A stretch of 62,629 bases of DNA, filler included, from Calcarisporiella thermophila CBS 279.70 (Eukaryota; Fungi; Calcarisporiellomycota): the NCBI RefSeq assembly GCF_041956535.1. It is 11 parts of 10 records of this genome, joined end to end, with 100 filler letters (N's around TTAATTAATTAA, not from the genome) between each part and the next. Parts side by side here need not be neighbours in the genome. Positions count along the whole stretch, not along the records: positions 33,478 to 37,495 come from NW_027192204.1; positions 37,596 to 49,078 come from NW_027192200.1; 9 more parts are not named here. One strand, written 5' to 3'. Within the stretch, counting starts at the first letter, position 1. Every line of letters starts with the position of its first letter. The notes beneath the pieces were generated by a model. It was given only the letters and a program-made list of their open reading frames with translations. It did no database searches and was not told the origin of the DNA. Both the position numbers and the translations under genes were made by a program. Positions 35,716-49,178 of the stretch are shown here, piece by piece.

Positions 35716-36714
35716 GGCTTATATGGGGTGATGTTTGTTTCTCTTTTTTTTTGGGTAGGAAGGACGAAAAGGTCGAGGCGTATATCAATCGAGGGAACTT
35801 GCCGGTAAAGGGTAAAGGGGAATAAATAATAAGCGAGATGGGGTTAAGCAATAGTATAGAAGTGGTAGCGAGAAGGGAAAGCGGATTCCCCCCCAAACAA
35901 CAATAGCCTAGAGAATAGTAAACAATCTAATTTAGCCTGGGATGAAGAGGAAGATGAGCGGGGCCCAGAGGAAACGAAGAGTAGGTGAGAAGGTTGTTTT
36001 CAGTTGAATGGTTAATATCATTTATGAAGAGAACGGCATCGAGCTGTGCCGGTTTGGCGAGAGAGATATGGGAAAGAGTTGCGACGAGGGGGAGGGGCGG
36101 CAGAAGTCGCATTTTATTTTTGTTCTGATGTAATCTGATGGCCTGATGTAGAAATTTTCAACTTCAGCGGATGGATCCGGCCAATGCCCGGCCCTCTCCT
36201 TGCGGGCCAACGCCCAATGGCAGCGAGTGAGCATGGGGTGCCCGGGGAACTCGCAACTGGGAGATAATCGGGCGAACAACAGCAATTCGTGGGAGGCCTT
36301 CCATTGAGTCGCCGCGCCCCCTCCCCCAACACTCAGACCCTCGCGCGACCGAACCACGGCCCGTGGCCCACGGCTGCGGCGGCGAGGCGCCGCTCCCACC
36401 TTCCCGCCCTCTTCCCCCTCCCCCAACTGCCGCGGTGTCCTTCCCTTGGCTTAGGGGAGGGGCGGCCGTCTTTTTTTTTTAATTCCACTATTTGTTGGTT
36501 TTGATAGGGAGAGGATGATCTGCGCCACTTATAGCAAAAATCCCCTTTGACAGGACCAAAATTTGGCCTTGTTCCCCTGCTTCTAGATCTGTAGAAAAGA
36601 GGGCGAAGATCCCAACAGGGAGGGTTCACCCTTATTATATCGGATTAATTTGCGTCCATTGTGCTCTGCTATTCCGCTGACGACTTTCACTTTCATTGCG
36701 TGTTGTGTTGGAAA

Positions 36715-37495
36715 ATGCCCGCCAAATCCAAATCCAAGCCAAAGCCCAAATCCAAGGCCCTGCGCCGTTCCCAGGTGGCCACCGCCACCCACACCCCTTC
36801 CAAATCCACCCCATTTCCTCTCAATGACCACAGCCTCTGGCGCAACGATGAAGAGCGCGCACAGCTCCATGAGTTCTGGCGCGAGCTCGACGAGCAAGAG
36901 CGCCGCTCTCTCGTGCGCATCGAGAAGGAGGCCATTCTGCGAAAAATGAAGGAACAGCAGCGACACTCGTGCTCTTGCACCGTGTGTGGCCGAAAACGGT
37001 AACCGCGATGTTTTTTTGTGGCCCACCTGGTCTTTCATGGGTGGTAACCGCTGCCTTTTTCTAGATCGGTGATTGAGGAAGAGCTGGAGTTGCTGTATGA
37101 GGCGTACTATGAGAAACTCGAGCAGTACGCACATACGAACCAAACATCCGATGCCGGGGTCAATGAACCAGTAGAGGACAGAAAGGATGACGTGGCAACG
37201 AGCGCCGGCGATGGATTCAGTTTCGGAAATGGTTTTACGGTGAAAGGTTCGTGATACTGCGAGTGTTTGGAGGTTCATGGGATCACCATGTTCTATTGTA
37301 TTTTTCCCGAATCATATAGACAATATCCTTACCGTGGCGGACGATCTGTTGAAGAACGACGGCCGGAAATTCCTCGAAATGATGGAGCGACTGGCAGAGC
37401 AACGTTTGCAACGCGAGGAGGAGCAGGAGTACGATGATGAAGAATATGATGAATATGTAGATGGAGAGGATGAAGAGAAATACGACGAAGAAGGA
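36715..37495 (+). CDS. NST1: Stress-response protein Nst1-like, 5' part (3 exons, truncated by linker)
   Basis: EFWRELDEQERRSLVRIEKEAILRKMKEQQRHSCSCTVCGRKR, IEEELELLYEAYYEKLE, ILTVADDLLKNDGRKFLEMMERLAE. Introns 36999-37064 and 37247-37319. Confidence 0.88.
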
Positions 37496-38767
37496 NNNNN
37501 NNNNNNNNNNNNNNNNNNNNNNNNNNNNNNNNNNNNNNNTTAATTAATTAANNNNNNNNNNNNNNNNNNNNNNNNNNNNNNNNNNNNNNNNNNNNCATTT
37601 CGCGCGACTGATCAAACACGAAAATAAGTTCAAGGCTCTCATACTATCCCCCGTTCCGTTACTTTGGTTTTTACTATTTTTTTAAAGATCTTTATACGAA
37701 TTTTCAAAAAGACTAGCGTATTATTAATAATTAGAGCCTTTAAATCTTACAGGATTAAATGGATTCAACCCATCTTATGTCGCATTAATCTATAGCAAAA
37801 AATTGCAATACACTATGCTTTTCTTTTCCATTTAAGCATCTTTTCAGAAAGGATCATGATGAAATACTGTATATGGCAGCATATTTACTTAATAATTGAT
37901 TCTATATGTGGGGACTATTTAATTTGGAATCGGTGTATAGTTGGCCAAGCTATTTCTTGCTCATGATTATGGTAGATCGAGTAAGGCTAATCTAGGCTGC
38001 AACAAGGCATATCAGCAGAGATTGCTACATATGAGGCGAACTTGATGCTGACACTTTTATAATCCTCCCATTGTTCTTAAAACGTCGAGCTACAACGATA
38101 ATGGGATTTATCTCATAAGAAATGCATTATAATATACTACTACCCGCACTTCATTGAAATGATTTACGCAATCTTTTTTATGCCCTGAACCACTCTGTTT
38201 CGGCGTCACGACAAAGCTTTATGCCGATAGAGAGTTTAGTGTAGATGACGCATAGTACAGTGAACTGTTCTCAAAGGAGAAGCAATAAGCTCTGCCTATA
38301 AATGAATAGTAAGGGATATGCTCTGGGCATGGGAATGAGACATTCTACATAAGGAAACCTGTATTATAATCCAGCGGAGCGGTTTGACAGAGCTTATCAC
38401 GATATGCTGAGTAAACTTTGAGCGCGAGAAGGTTTGATGCTGTCCTAGCTTGCCCGCCGCTAACCTCCATATCAAATCCGCGCCTACCCGTCCAAGCGGT
38501 AGGGGCGCGTTCGTTGCGACACCGGGCGTATCAAGCCGGGCCGCTGGCCACACAACCACCAGGCGAGGGGAAGATGTGGGAGTATCAGAGTACGCATCGG
38601 TTTGATGAGCATAGGGGGGCCTGGCCGTCCAGAGAAGACACAGTACGAATAGGGGCCTCAGCGGCTCTAGAATCCCTCCGGAGAGCCTTGAATGATCCTC
38701 GATTTCAAATATTGCCGATCAGGGTTTCAGATCGAAATTCTAAAGAACGAGACGCGGGGAAAAAAGA

Positions 38768-39154
38768 ATGAGATTGCGTTTTTTGATCATTTCCTCTTCT
38801 CCGCGCTGCCCTCTTCTTTTCTTCTATCGCTGTGTGATATCCTTCATTCCGCAACTCCTGCCATTCATTCTTTCATTCTTCATCTCCACCTCATCCCTCT
38901 CCGTCACAACCACCATGTGGGCGCTAGTTTCGCATCTCTTCCTTATTCTCTCCATCCTCACGTTTCTTCCCGTCATCCTTCTCTTTACCGGGGACTTTGT
39001 CCTGTTCTGCGGCGTGCGCGGAATCAGCATTGCAAAACAAATCAATAAACTGATGCACGAGTTGGTGAATCGTGCAATGGTACGAGCTACTAAGGTGTGC
39101 GTCAAGGGAATGGAGCAAAAGAAGAGATGGAGCGTCGTCGCGGTGAAAGGGTAG
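38768..39154 (+). CDS. Possible small hydrophobic membrane protein
   Basis: 128-aa ATG ORF with hydrophobic stretches; no family recognised. Confidence 0.25.
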   Translation: MRLRFLIISSSPRCPLLFFYRCVISFIPQLLPFILSFFISTSSLSVTTTMWALVSHLFLILSILTFLPVILLFTGDFVLFCGVRGISIAKQINKLMHELVNRAMVRATKVCVKGMEQKKRWSVVAVKG

Positions 39155-39450
39155 GTTCCCCATGATGCTTCCGATGAGGATGCCACGGTGTTTCTGATTG
39201 ACTCTCGCCATTTCTTCTATTTTCTAGCACTTAATCCCTCCCCCTGTGCCTCACCCGAGTGGCTCTCCAATTTCTCTGGAAATCTCCCCCTCTCTTATTC
39301 TTACATTCNNNNNNNNNNNNNNNNNNNNTAATAATCTACTAAGTCTTTTTTATTCTCTCCCTTTCCGGTGCACCTACTCTTAATACAATTATTTAACTAT
39401 ATAAAGAACATATATCTGTATATATGTATATATATATATATATATAGAAA

Positions 39451-40280
39451 CTATACAATGTTCGAGGTAAACTCTGCAGAGGTCTTGGCCCGTAGTAGCA
39501 GTAGCTCATCGCCCTCGGGAGCGGTGTAGCCTCGTGCGATACGCATCGGTAGATGCGGCGAGAAATCAAAGGAGAAGTCGTCGGAAGACATATCGCTCAC
39601 GGAGGAGGTGGACCACAGGGGCGCGGGAAAATGCGGGATGGTGGAGGGGTTTTGAGTGGCTGTGAATGCGAAAAAAGGATCAAAGAAGTTCACTTGCGAA
39701 GACTTGAAGAAATCCTCTGCTGCCGGGATTGGGAGTTCCACATGCGGGGGCACTATTTAGTAAAAAAGCGGCTGGTTAGCAGCTGTGCTCGGTAGCCAGA
39801 AAAGCCGGAAAAGCACTGACGTGAGCTCATAAGCTCGCTGACCCCGAACTCGTCGCCAAACGTCTGCAAGGGCTCCCCCACGCCAGCCCCCACCTGCAGT
39901 ATTGGGGGGCTGGCCTCGTCCTCCTCAGAAAATTCCCCTATCATCTCTCTGCTCGTCTCCATATTCTCGGAGGGCGGAATATTTCTTGGTTGGGTTTGCT
40001 GCGTCCTTAGCGTCAATTTCGCTCGCTGAATCGGCACCGGCTCCATCTGCTCTCTTAAGGTCTTTTTCATTTTCGCCCGCCGATTTTGGAACCAGATTTG
40101 TACGGCTCGGGGCGTCATGCCTAGTTGATCGGCAAGACGTTTGCGTAGAGCGGAATTGGGTTTCGGGGTGGTGTCGAAAATGTCATTCAGGAGCTGCGTC
40201 TCGTCCTGTGTAAGGCGCCGGCGGCGCTTAACCGCACGGTCCAGATCAGTGGGACAGAGACACTTGGTGTAGTTGGACAT
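39451..40280 (-). CDS. Homeodomain transcription factor; 2 exons (40280-39821, 39752-39451), ~253 aa; an upstream exon is possible
   Basis: KRRRRLTQDETQLLNDIF...PKPNSALRKRLADQLGMTPRAVQIWFQNRRAK. Confidence 0.9.
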
Positions 40281-40713
40281 TAACAAAGGATAACGCGTGG
40301 ACTTCCAGCTCTACTCGTGGCTGAAGAAACAGATTGAGTGAATATATATACAATATAAATGACAAAAGATAGAAAAAAAAAAGAGGCGAAAGAGTGTGGA
40401 AGGGTAAACGGAAAGAAAGGGGAGAGCAAAAAAAAAAGAGGGGTGGTCAAAGGATAAAAGGAGAAATTGTGGAAAAAAGACAGAAAATACAGGTGAGCTT
40501 GAAAAATCACCGAGTAAAATTTACTGATAAAAGATAGACTCTAATTGCGGAGAAAAAAAGTACGCGTTTATTTGCCACCGAAATCCGCTGACGTCGTTGG
40601 AACCAAGGAATGCATTATTCGGTTTATTATATTGCACGGGATAACATGATCAAAAAGAAAAGAAAAGAGGGTGGGAAGCAAGAAAAAAGGGAGATAAATT
40701 ATGCCATTCCTCC

Positions 40714-43700
40714 TCAACTCTTCTCCAAACACTCAATCACCCACCCTCTCAGTCTATCCACATCGCTCCATGAATAGAGTGCTACTACTTGGCCTTTAAC
40801 AGCCCCTAGCATTGATTCGCCTTCACCTGCACCCACTGCCAGCTCAAATAGCATGATCAGGATTTCGGGGTAGAGCTCCTCGATCGATTTGGTCAAGGCA
40901 TGAACACTAGAAAACGCATCCTCGTGGGACGGGGTGATGAGCTCTGGGGATTTAGCCATGGGATTGAATGCGCATCTTTGCATGATGCTTTCACACTTCT
41001 TGAGGAGAGACTGGAGGTCTTCAGAGAGAGAGTGATCAAGGAATGATCCTTTACACACGATTGGCTCATTATTGGGATTGCCAGCTTGATTTCCATTCTG
41101 AAGCGAAGTCCTGGCTGCATAGTGCAAAAGCGCGATGGCATCATGAAGAATGGCAAGATTCGCATGCAGATTGTCTGGACTAATTCTTGAAATATCTAGG
41201 TAGCATAATGCATGAGATGCTTAGCATGATGAATGAGGGGGATAACAGGCAGGCTTCTTGCTTACCGATGGATCGGATTGCTCCGCTAACGATTCCCTTC
41301 ACTTGCGGCTCCCACACATCCTCCCCAATATACCGGAGTGCCCCACCTTTGCACGACCTGAGTGCTCGGATGGCCAAGCGAAGCCCTGCCAGCTTCGATT
41401 CATGCCCGCCACTTGAACACTGGCGCCGCAACCATGCGAACAAACCGCTCTGCGTGATCAATTCCCCGGCAAGCTGGGGAATGGCTGTCGCATAGAACAG
41501 CAACTCCAGGATCAGCTTTCGAGAAATAGCATCTGCGAGTTGCGAGTTGTTGAAACCAGTGAGTAGATCCCACACATGGCGGCGCTTGAACAGCTTATAA
41601 TCCTGGAAGGGAGCAAGATAAGAGTAAGAAAAGGGGCTGGCGCGGTAGTGAATAGAGTAGCGTTTACCTCTGAAGCTTTTAGCCCAGAAATGAGCAACCG
41701 AAGAATCCACATTCTTTCTTTCTTGAAGTTGGCTGTCGATGAGTTAAAGAGACTGTAAAACATCGGAATGTCCTATAATAAAATACATGGTTAAACACGC
41801 GGAGACATCCCTCTCTCTGAAGAAACAAGGCTACTCTACCTCAATATCAATAAATGGTCGCTGTAACAAAAACCGATTCACGTGAGCATACATGAAGTGC
41901 GCAGGATTCAACAAAATCACCAACGCATGCCCCACAAACACGGTTACTGGGGCGGGCACTCTGCCCAACTCGTTCGCCTCGTCTTCGTTTTCCGATAACA
42001 CGATCCCGTTTTTCAGCGCATCCAATAGTACGATGATATGCCTTTTCTCCCGGAACCGTACTCGATCCTCCTTGATCATTTCAGTATATCGTGCTAACAA
42101 AATAGAGGCGGCCCGGCGCATATTGCGATCAGTGCTGGAGAGGGCCGTCACAATAAAGCCAATAGCGCCGCACTCAATTAGTTTACGAGCATCTAGCAAG
42201 AGCGGATCGGAAAGTGTCACCGCGAAGAGGGGCAAGAAGAAGGAGGGGTCGTAGGTGGGCATTGCCTTTTCAAAGTGCTCATGGATCTCGCCTTCGACTA
42301 AGGTGAAATTCTCGGCTTCAAGGGGCTGATCCACTGGGAATCGGGTGTAGGAGTATGTCATATAGTATGGGTTGATAAGCTCCAGGGCCGATGCGACTGT
42401 TCGTGCGCTTACGCCTGCACTCATGGTCAGACGAAGCTTCTGTGACCCTGGGCCCCAGTGCAGCATTTTGCTCAAGACCGAGCCCTTCGTATGCTTTTCT
42501 TTCATCCATAAGGTATTCAAAATCAAGCGATCTTCAACCGAGGTTGTGGCGCTGTAGGCTTCCAAGAGCGCGTTCGATTGTTCAGGCCGTGCGAGAATCT
42601 TGGGGGACATTTGTACCAGGGAGTGACAGAGGCGCACGATGGAGTATCGAATCGGATCGTGTTGGACGGTCTGATGCGTCTGACTCTGATGAATCTTCGG
42701 TGGGGCGGTGAGCTCTTCAAAGCGGGGATGGGTCAGGGTAATGTTGAGGTATTTCTCGAGAGGTGCTGCAGCCGCCCTATTCGCGTAGGCTGTTTCCATA
42801 ATAGTACGGGTGAGGTGCATGATCAGAGGATCGGCGATCTTGTTTTCGAGGATCTGAGAGAGAAGCAGCTCAAGTGAATCGCGGTCGAGCGGGACCGAAT
42901 CAGTTATAAAAGAACACGCAATGCCCTGAAGCATTTGTAGGGTCGTCCGCCATTCGAGGTTGTCAGCGCTATACACCACCGTAGTGTCAGCCAGCTGTCG
43001 TAACGCGTTTTCCACTACTAATTTGACAAATCGGTCGCGCTGGCTATCCGAGGAGGCTTTGAGTGTTGCCTCGACGACCGACATGGCATGGACTGTGAGC
43101 AGTTTTGCTCCGGTTGTAGCTATAACTGCGGAAATTACGCTCTCATCTTTTAGGACTTCCAACTCTATAAGACGACAAAGGAGCGGAGCAAAGGCTTTCT
43201 GATCGATTCCTTCTCCCAGGAATACTGCCCTTAGTGTAAATCGATACAGAAATCCTGTCAAGTTGTCAATCACATGTTTTGTCGCTTGCAAAACATTCTG
43301 ACGCCATCGGAAAACTTTTTCTGCTGCCACGTAGGTAGAGCTAGCTACCACCAGCGCATATAAAGCGACGGCCAACCCGTGCATCTGAGACTCCTGAAAA
43401 CTCCTTTCGGCTGCCCACTCAACGAATTCTTGGCGATATTTGGATCCTCCCACGATCAGTAGCGCTAGCATATGGGTTCGCACTGGAGTCAAGTCGCCTT
43501 CCAATATCCATCTCACTATCTCTTGAGGCATGGTTCGTGGCAATCTCCCTCCCAACCGCCTCCCCATATCCTTCAACTCTTTCATTCCCACCTTATTTGG
43601 CATACTCTTCTTAAGCTCGGGAAGTAAAATGGGCGGCAAACAACCCTCCAACAGGCCGGCAAGTATTTCGTCGAGGGTCTGCGATGGCCTCGTTCGCCAG

Positions 43701-46700
43701 AGGTTTAATAGCGCAGTGAAAGATTCGTCGGCAATGAGTGATTCCACCATCCCCAGCTGAGAGAGTCGATTGAGTATAATCGAAAGGAGAAAGTGGTGGT
43801 GATCCGAGGAAAGGCTCGTAGGCTTAAGAATCCGCGTAAGAAGCATGTTCATATCTTCTGCTTCAAAGAAAATATCGAGCTGAGCAAAAAGCTTCAAAAG
43901 CTAACCGGTCAGGCAACATATACATTTATGAGTAATAGGGTCAAAATGAAAAATCGAAGTCAATGCTTCACCTTCTCGAAATGACTTTCATGAAGATCGT
44001 CGTGCGAATCAAGAAGCGCAAGCAAATTTCTAATGAGCTTTTGTTTAAAAGGGTGCCAAAGAGTGGGGCTGTGTAGCTCAGCACTAAGATGTCGCTTCAT
44101 CAAGTTTGCGAATCCTTATGTTCAAAGGGTTAGCTTCGGTAAAAAAAAAAAAAAACGCTATTCTAATAGCCCCGCCAATTTACCTTGGTTAAATTGGTCC
44201 ACAATCATCTTGTCGTTTTCGCCTATCCAGATCTCCACCATCGCTGGATGTTCAAATATTACCGATCTCAATTCTTTCCCAATCCCTTCCGCCCCCTCCT
44301 GGTCTACCCTTTGAAGTATCACATTTAATAATTCCATGTAAAACTCCCCGCTTTCCGCAGAAGCATTAGCGAGCAAGGACATGATCTGGCGACATATGCT
44401 GACCAATTGAGAAGTGGGGGCTTGTTTAGGCGAATTGGCTGCCGTTTCAATTACAGCTCGATATTTGGGAATATGCTTAGGGAGGAGGTTGGCTAGGAGA
44501 AGCGTTAAGGGGAAATGGTGTAATACTCTGGCACTTTGGCTACAAGATAATATAAATTTCATTGAATGAAAAGGAAATGCGTATTGTTACTTTAATGCCT
44601 ACCCATCTTCAAGTTGATGGAGAGAGCTATAATCCAAGAAACTTCCGCACGCAGGATGTCTATCAGAAATGTAATTGACAAGCAATAGGATCAGTTGGTG
44701 CTTCAAGGTGAGTTTGGACAGTTCAGCAAAATGATTGCTCATCGCAGTGACAGAGAGAGTGTTGATAATATTGTCCAATTCCTTTCGAGCAACTTCATCG
44801 AGACCTGTCTCGCCATCTATCGCACAGGAAAATTAGGTATGACATCGAAAAAAAGATAAGAAAAAAATGCATTTTACCCTTCAATAGTCGCACGATTTGT
44901 TTCTCATGTGCTTTGTTGGACTTTGCATTCTTTGTCTCGGGAAAGATGTCGACCTCTCTGTTGGAATGGCGCTTCAACCACATTTTCAACGCAAAAAAAA
45001 TATCAGCAGCATCCCACGCGCCCTTCTCCGCAATTAGATTGGACTGGATTTTGGCCACTTCAAGACGATCCAAACACAAATCCAGGCATTCGAGATTACC
45101 CACGTGCAAAAAGGCAACTCCTCGCATCACTCGTGCGATGAATCGTGCAGCAGTAGGCGTCCCTGTAAATCGAAATTGCTCCAACAGGGTCATCAATAGC
45201 GGGCTAAAGGGAGACATAGCGCCGTCGTAACCAGAAGCTTGAGTAATTTTGGTTACTTCATCGATGTACCGATAAGGGGTTTTTAGACACCTCTGCATGC
45301 AGTCATCAAGGAATCGGATCGAGTCCGAGGTCTCGACTCCAGCAGAACAGGCAGCAATCCAGAAGGGGATTTCGCTTGCATTGTGCTGGAAGAGGATCGA
45401 GTCAGAGAGGACCTTGACAACGACCAGGTTGGCCAAATTGTGGATATATTTGTGTGGTTGGGGATAGGCGTGAAGAAGGTGGAGTATGTGGGCCAGGTAC
45501 GAATACGAGGATGCGGAAGGCTTAGCAGACCAGCGGAATTCGGCCTCAGCAAGCAGCTCAAGTAGATGGGACAGCACAATTGGAGGTAGGGTCGCTAGGT
45601 CGGACGGGATTAGCCGGCTTACATCAAACTTGGCCTCTGAGAGCGTATCTGGAATGAATCGCTGGTAATATTTCAGGACACCCAGTAGTGTTTCGTGCAA
45701 AAGCTCGTGTGCCTGCTGTTTCTCTTTTTCATCTTCCTCTAGTTGTGTATCGGCAGTCTCACTCTCTTCCGTTTTTTGCTTCTTCTTTTTCTTTTCTGCC
45801 CCAGAGTGTCCCGTAAGTTGAGCATGCAAGCCAATCAAAGTTTGAACGTCGGGGAGCCTACGTCTCAGTTCTGCGCATAAATCTTTAACGGATTCTAGCC
45901 ACCCTCCTTTTCTCTTCGCATTGCCCTCTTTTTCCCCGAGTAGTTCCGCCACTCTACGCCATTGCTCGACCACAGCTCCAAACTTTCGTAGGGCACACAT
46001 CATTAAACCGCAGGTCACAAATTTCACCATTAAACTCTGGTGCAACAGTCCCTTGCTCAGAAGGGTCCGGTGAATGCAAGTGGGCAGTAGAGCTTCCATC
46101 ACTGTATGGATAGGAGGTGATCTGCTAGGATAGGTCGCGTTTGATGGGTAGAAGAGTGTAGGGAGAGGAAGAGCAATAATCTTATTCATTGTTGCTACGT
46201 TGGCAAGCCACTTGGACGAAAGTCGAGGGTCATAGCTCAGCGTCATTCCTTGCCAGTAGACAGCCACAAGCTCAGGGCATGCCTCAAGTATTTTGATCAG
46301 CAATTCTTGCTGTCTAAGATCCTCCGTTGGTTTTAACTGTAAAATGAATTTGGACAAGATCTTGTTATAGACTCTAATCGTGCGCTGATTCTTGTTTCCA
46401 TGAGAACCGGTTGATACTGGAGCTTTATCTTCAGATATCTGCGGTGGGTACCAGCCTGCATCCTGGAAGCAAACGCCCACTCCCGGTGTCGCGCAGATGG
46501 AGATGAGGAAGTGATGAACAAGATTGGCAGGGATTGAATTAGCATCGTTCGGAATCTCAGGGTCGCATCGCTCATAGATTTTTAGCAACTATGAATTGAG
46601 ACAAGGGTAAAACTGACATGTAAATAGAGCGGGAAAATAGTTCATTTTACCTGCTCCAATATATAGTTGTTAAAAAAGGCCACCTTTGCAGTTCGACTTA

Positions 46701-47955
46701 TATCACTGTCCATGATAACATAATCATAGAATGTAGAGAAAACATCTGCTATAAGCTACAGGCGAAAAGGTAAAGAAAAAAACATAAATATTAGTGGTAT
46801 AACATATATTCACATAGTTCTTTTACTTACCGAATACGAATCTTTCCATAGCGCCTTGAAAATGGCGCTAAGGAAATCCTTGGCAGCCATTAGTTCCCTC
46901 TTCACTTGTGCATCTCCGTGTACCAGGAAGGAGAGAGCAAAACAAATATATTGTGTTCTTGGATCTTTAGAATTGCATATTATTAGTATAGCTACATCAA
47001 GTACCAGTAGTTAATAGGCTAACTACCTGTCTTCTCTTTGTCACCAGGAAGGCCCACTTTTTTGCGCATATTGATAAGTTTGGCATTGGCCTATTAATTA
47101 GGCGACTAAGATATAGGTGGGGTGGACTATATTGGGAATATATATAGAGCTTACCTTGAGACCAAAATTGAAGCTAGCATGCAACTCCCTAGCCGCAAGA
47201 GGTCCGTGGGACACTATGGCACAAAGAAGCTTGAAGGTGGCAACACAAAGTGGAACACGACCAGAAGAAAGACTATTATATATCGACTTTAAATAGCGCT
47301 GGATAATGTATAGAAAAAATGCGTTAAGGAGAATAGAGTAAATGTGTGGTTCTTCAGGTTCCCCCCTTCAAAATTGCAAGTATAAATATATGTAAAAAGG
47401 ATATTTTTCGAATGACTGTTAAGCCCGTCATGCGCGCAACAGGCGACCGACAATGTTCGAGCACGGCAGCAATTACATCCACTGTGATTGCCTCTATCTT
47501 TTGTATGCTATTCTATAGTCAATGGAAGTATTAACAACATGACTGATGTGCAAATAAGCGAATAAATATAGACTTACTTGCTGTTGATATTCCCATATGC
47601 GAAATAGCTCGGCGCATTCTGGCGAAGACTCGATATATTCGAAAAATATAGCCAAATTCCGATCGGTAGCAGATTCAGGCAGAGAAGGGGTTGACGCGAG
47701 CTGTGTTTTGAAGCGCGCTAGTCCTAAGCAAGAGGTAAGGATTATAAATTGTTAGAATTACGCAGGCTCACTTTATGCATATGCATTATATCTACCGTAA
47801 TGAAGGACATCAACATTCTCAGAATTAAGCACCTCCTGCAACTCCTTCAGAGACTGAAAAGGCGTGTACTGTACAGTACTTGTAGTGGTCTGTTCTTCTT
47901 CTTCTCTCTCTGCGGATTCTTCTTCCGTTACTTCTTCTCGTTTTCGCTTCCCCAT
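40714..47955 (-). CDS. URB1: Nucleolar pre-ribosomal-associated protein 1 (Npa1/Urb1), multi-exon
   Basis: Large helical protein spread over many GT-AG exons. RQQELLIKILEACPELVAVYW, YDPRLSSKWLAN, AYSATTSVED, YDPSFFLPLF, NPAHFMYAHVNRFLLQRP...IPMFYSLFNSST.NFKKERMWILRLL are characteristic of Urb1/NopRA1. Confidence 0.88.
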
Positions 47956-48147
47956 GCCGTAATATTATGTCTAACCTCAACCAGGAGCAAATTAACTTAA
48001 GAAAGTCACTGTTTTATGAGTGTGACTGCTAGTAAATCAATCCTATGGGGGCAAAATGTCTGTTTTAAATCTAGATGATAGTTTAATTACCGCGTTTCAA
48101 GGGTGCTTGTTTGTCTTTTTCTTTTCTTTACTAGTATAATTTCAGAG

Positions 48148-48927
48148 ATGGCCACCCGTAGAAAACCCGCAAACACAACAGAGGGCATAGCCACTAAAGA
48201 AATTAAAATCAAAGCATCGTCGCCACCGCGAAAGCAAAAATCCATCTTAAAAGAACTTGTGCAAAATATTATTCTCCTACTCGTTCTTTCTCTTTCCGCA
48301 TCGTATCTTGTTACGGGGACATGGACATGGGGGTATGAGGGAAAATACACAAATTGGAGACATTGGATTCCAGTAAGTGTGTGTTTGAATTTTATTAACT
48401 GGAATTATATCTACTCTAGATTGCTCTACTCAAATCTGGAAGAAAGAAATATAACCGACATGCGAAGTTAGTAATAACAGTATATATTAAATAGAGAAAA
48501 GAGTTGGTGTTTTCTGAGGCTGAATTAGCCAAATACGACGGGTCCGATCCCAATCTTCCAATCTACATTGCCATCGAGTAAGTTATCTTTGGTCATTCTT
48601 TTGTGATATGGCGATTAAAATATTTTCACTCTTCAAAGTGGAGACGTATTCGACGTTTCAGTCAGTCCAATGCATTATGGAAAAGGAGGTGGCTATAACA
48701 TATTTGCTGGGAAGGATGCGGCACGCGCATATGTTACTGGCTGCTTCCAGAATCACTTGACGCATGATTTACGTGGTCTCACTAAAGACCAGCTTAAAGC
48801 ACTTGACGGTTGGAAGCGGTTCTATCGTGATAGTTCCAAATATTTTAAGGTAGGCCGGGTAGAACACCCCCCCGTGGATGGGCCTATTCCACCTGATTGC
48901 GAAGAGCCGGTTCCCAACATGCACTGA
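48148..48927 (+). CDS. Cytochrome b5-like heme/steroid-binding (MAPR family) membrane protein, 3 exons
   Basis: N-terminal TM; FSEAELAKYDGSDPNLPIYIAI, GDVFDVS, HYGKGGGYNIFAGKDAARAYVTG, W..FY...KYFKVGRV. Confidence 0.9.
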
Positions 48928-49178
48928 AAACCGCATCATCTCTAAAAAAAAATCTTGTAGTATTTCTTAAGTAGTGTGAAATTATCACGGAACTAAATTA
49001 TTATGTGTGTGGCCCCCTATACGGGGCACATAAAGTTCTAACGCATAAATGAATAAAAATATATTTTAAAAAAAAGGGNNNNNNNNNNNNNNNNNNNNNN
49101 NNNNNNNNNNNNNNNNNNNNNNTTAATTAATTAANNNNNNNNNNNNNNNNNNNNNNNNNNNNNNNNNNNNNNNNNNNN

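Noticed and set aside
39410-39446. (TA)n tract after the homeodomain gene
   Set aside because: Ordinary microsatellite.
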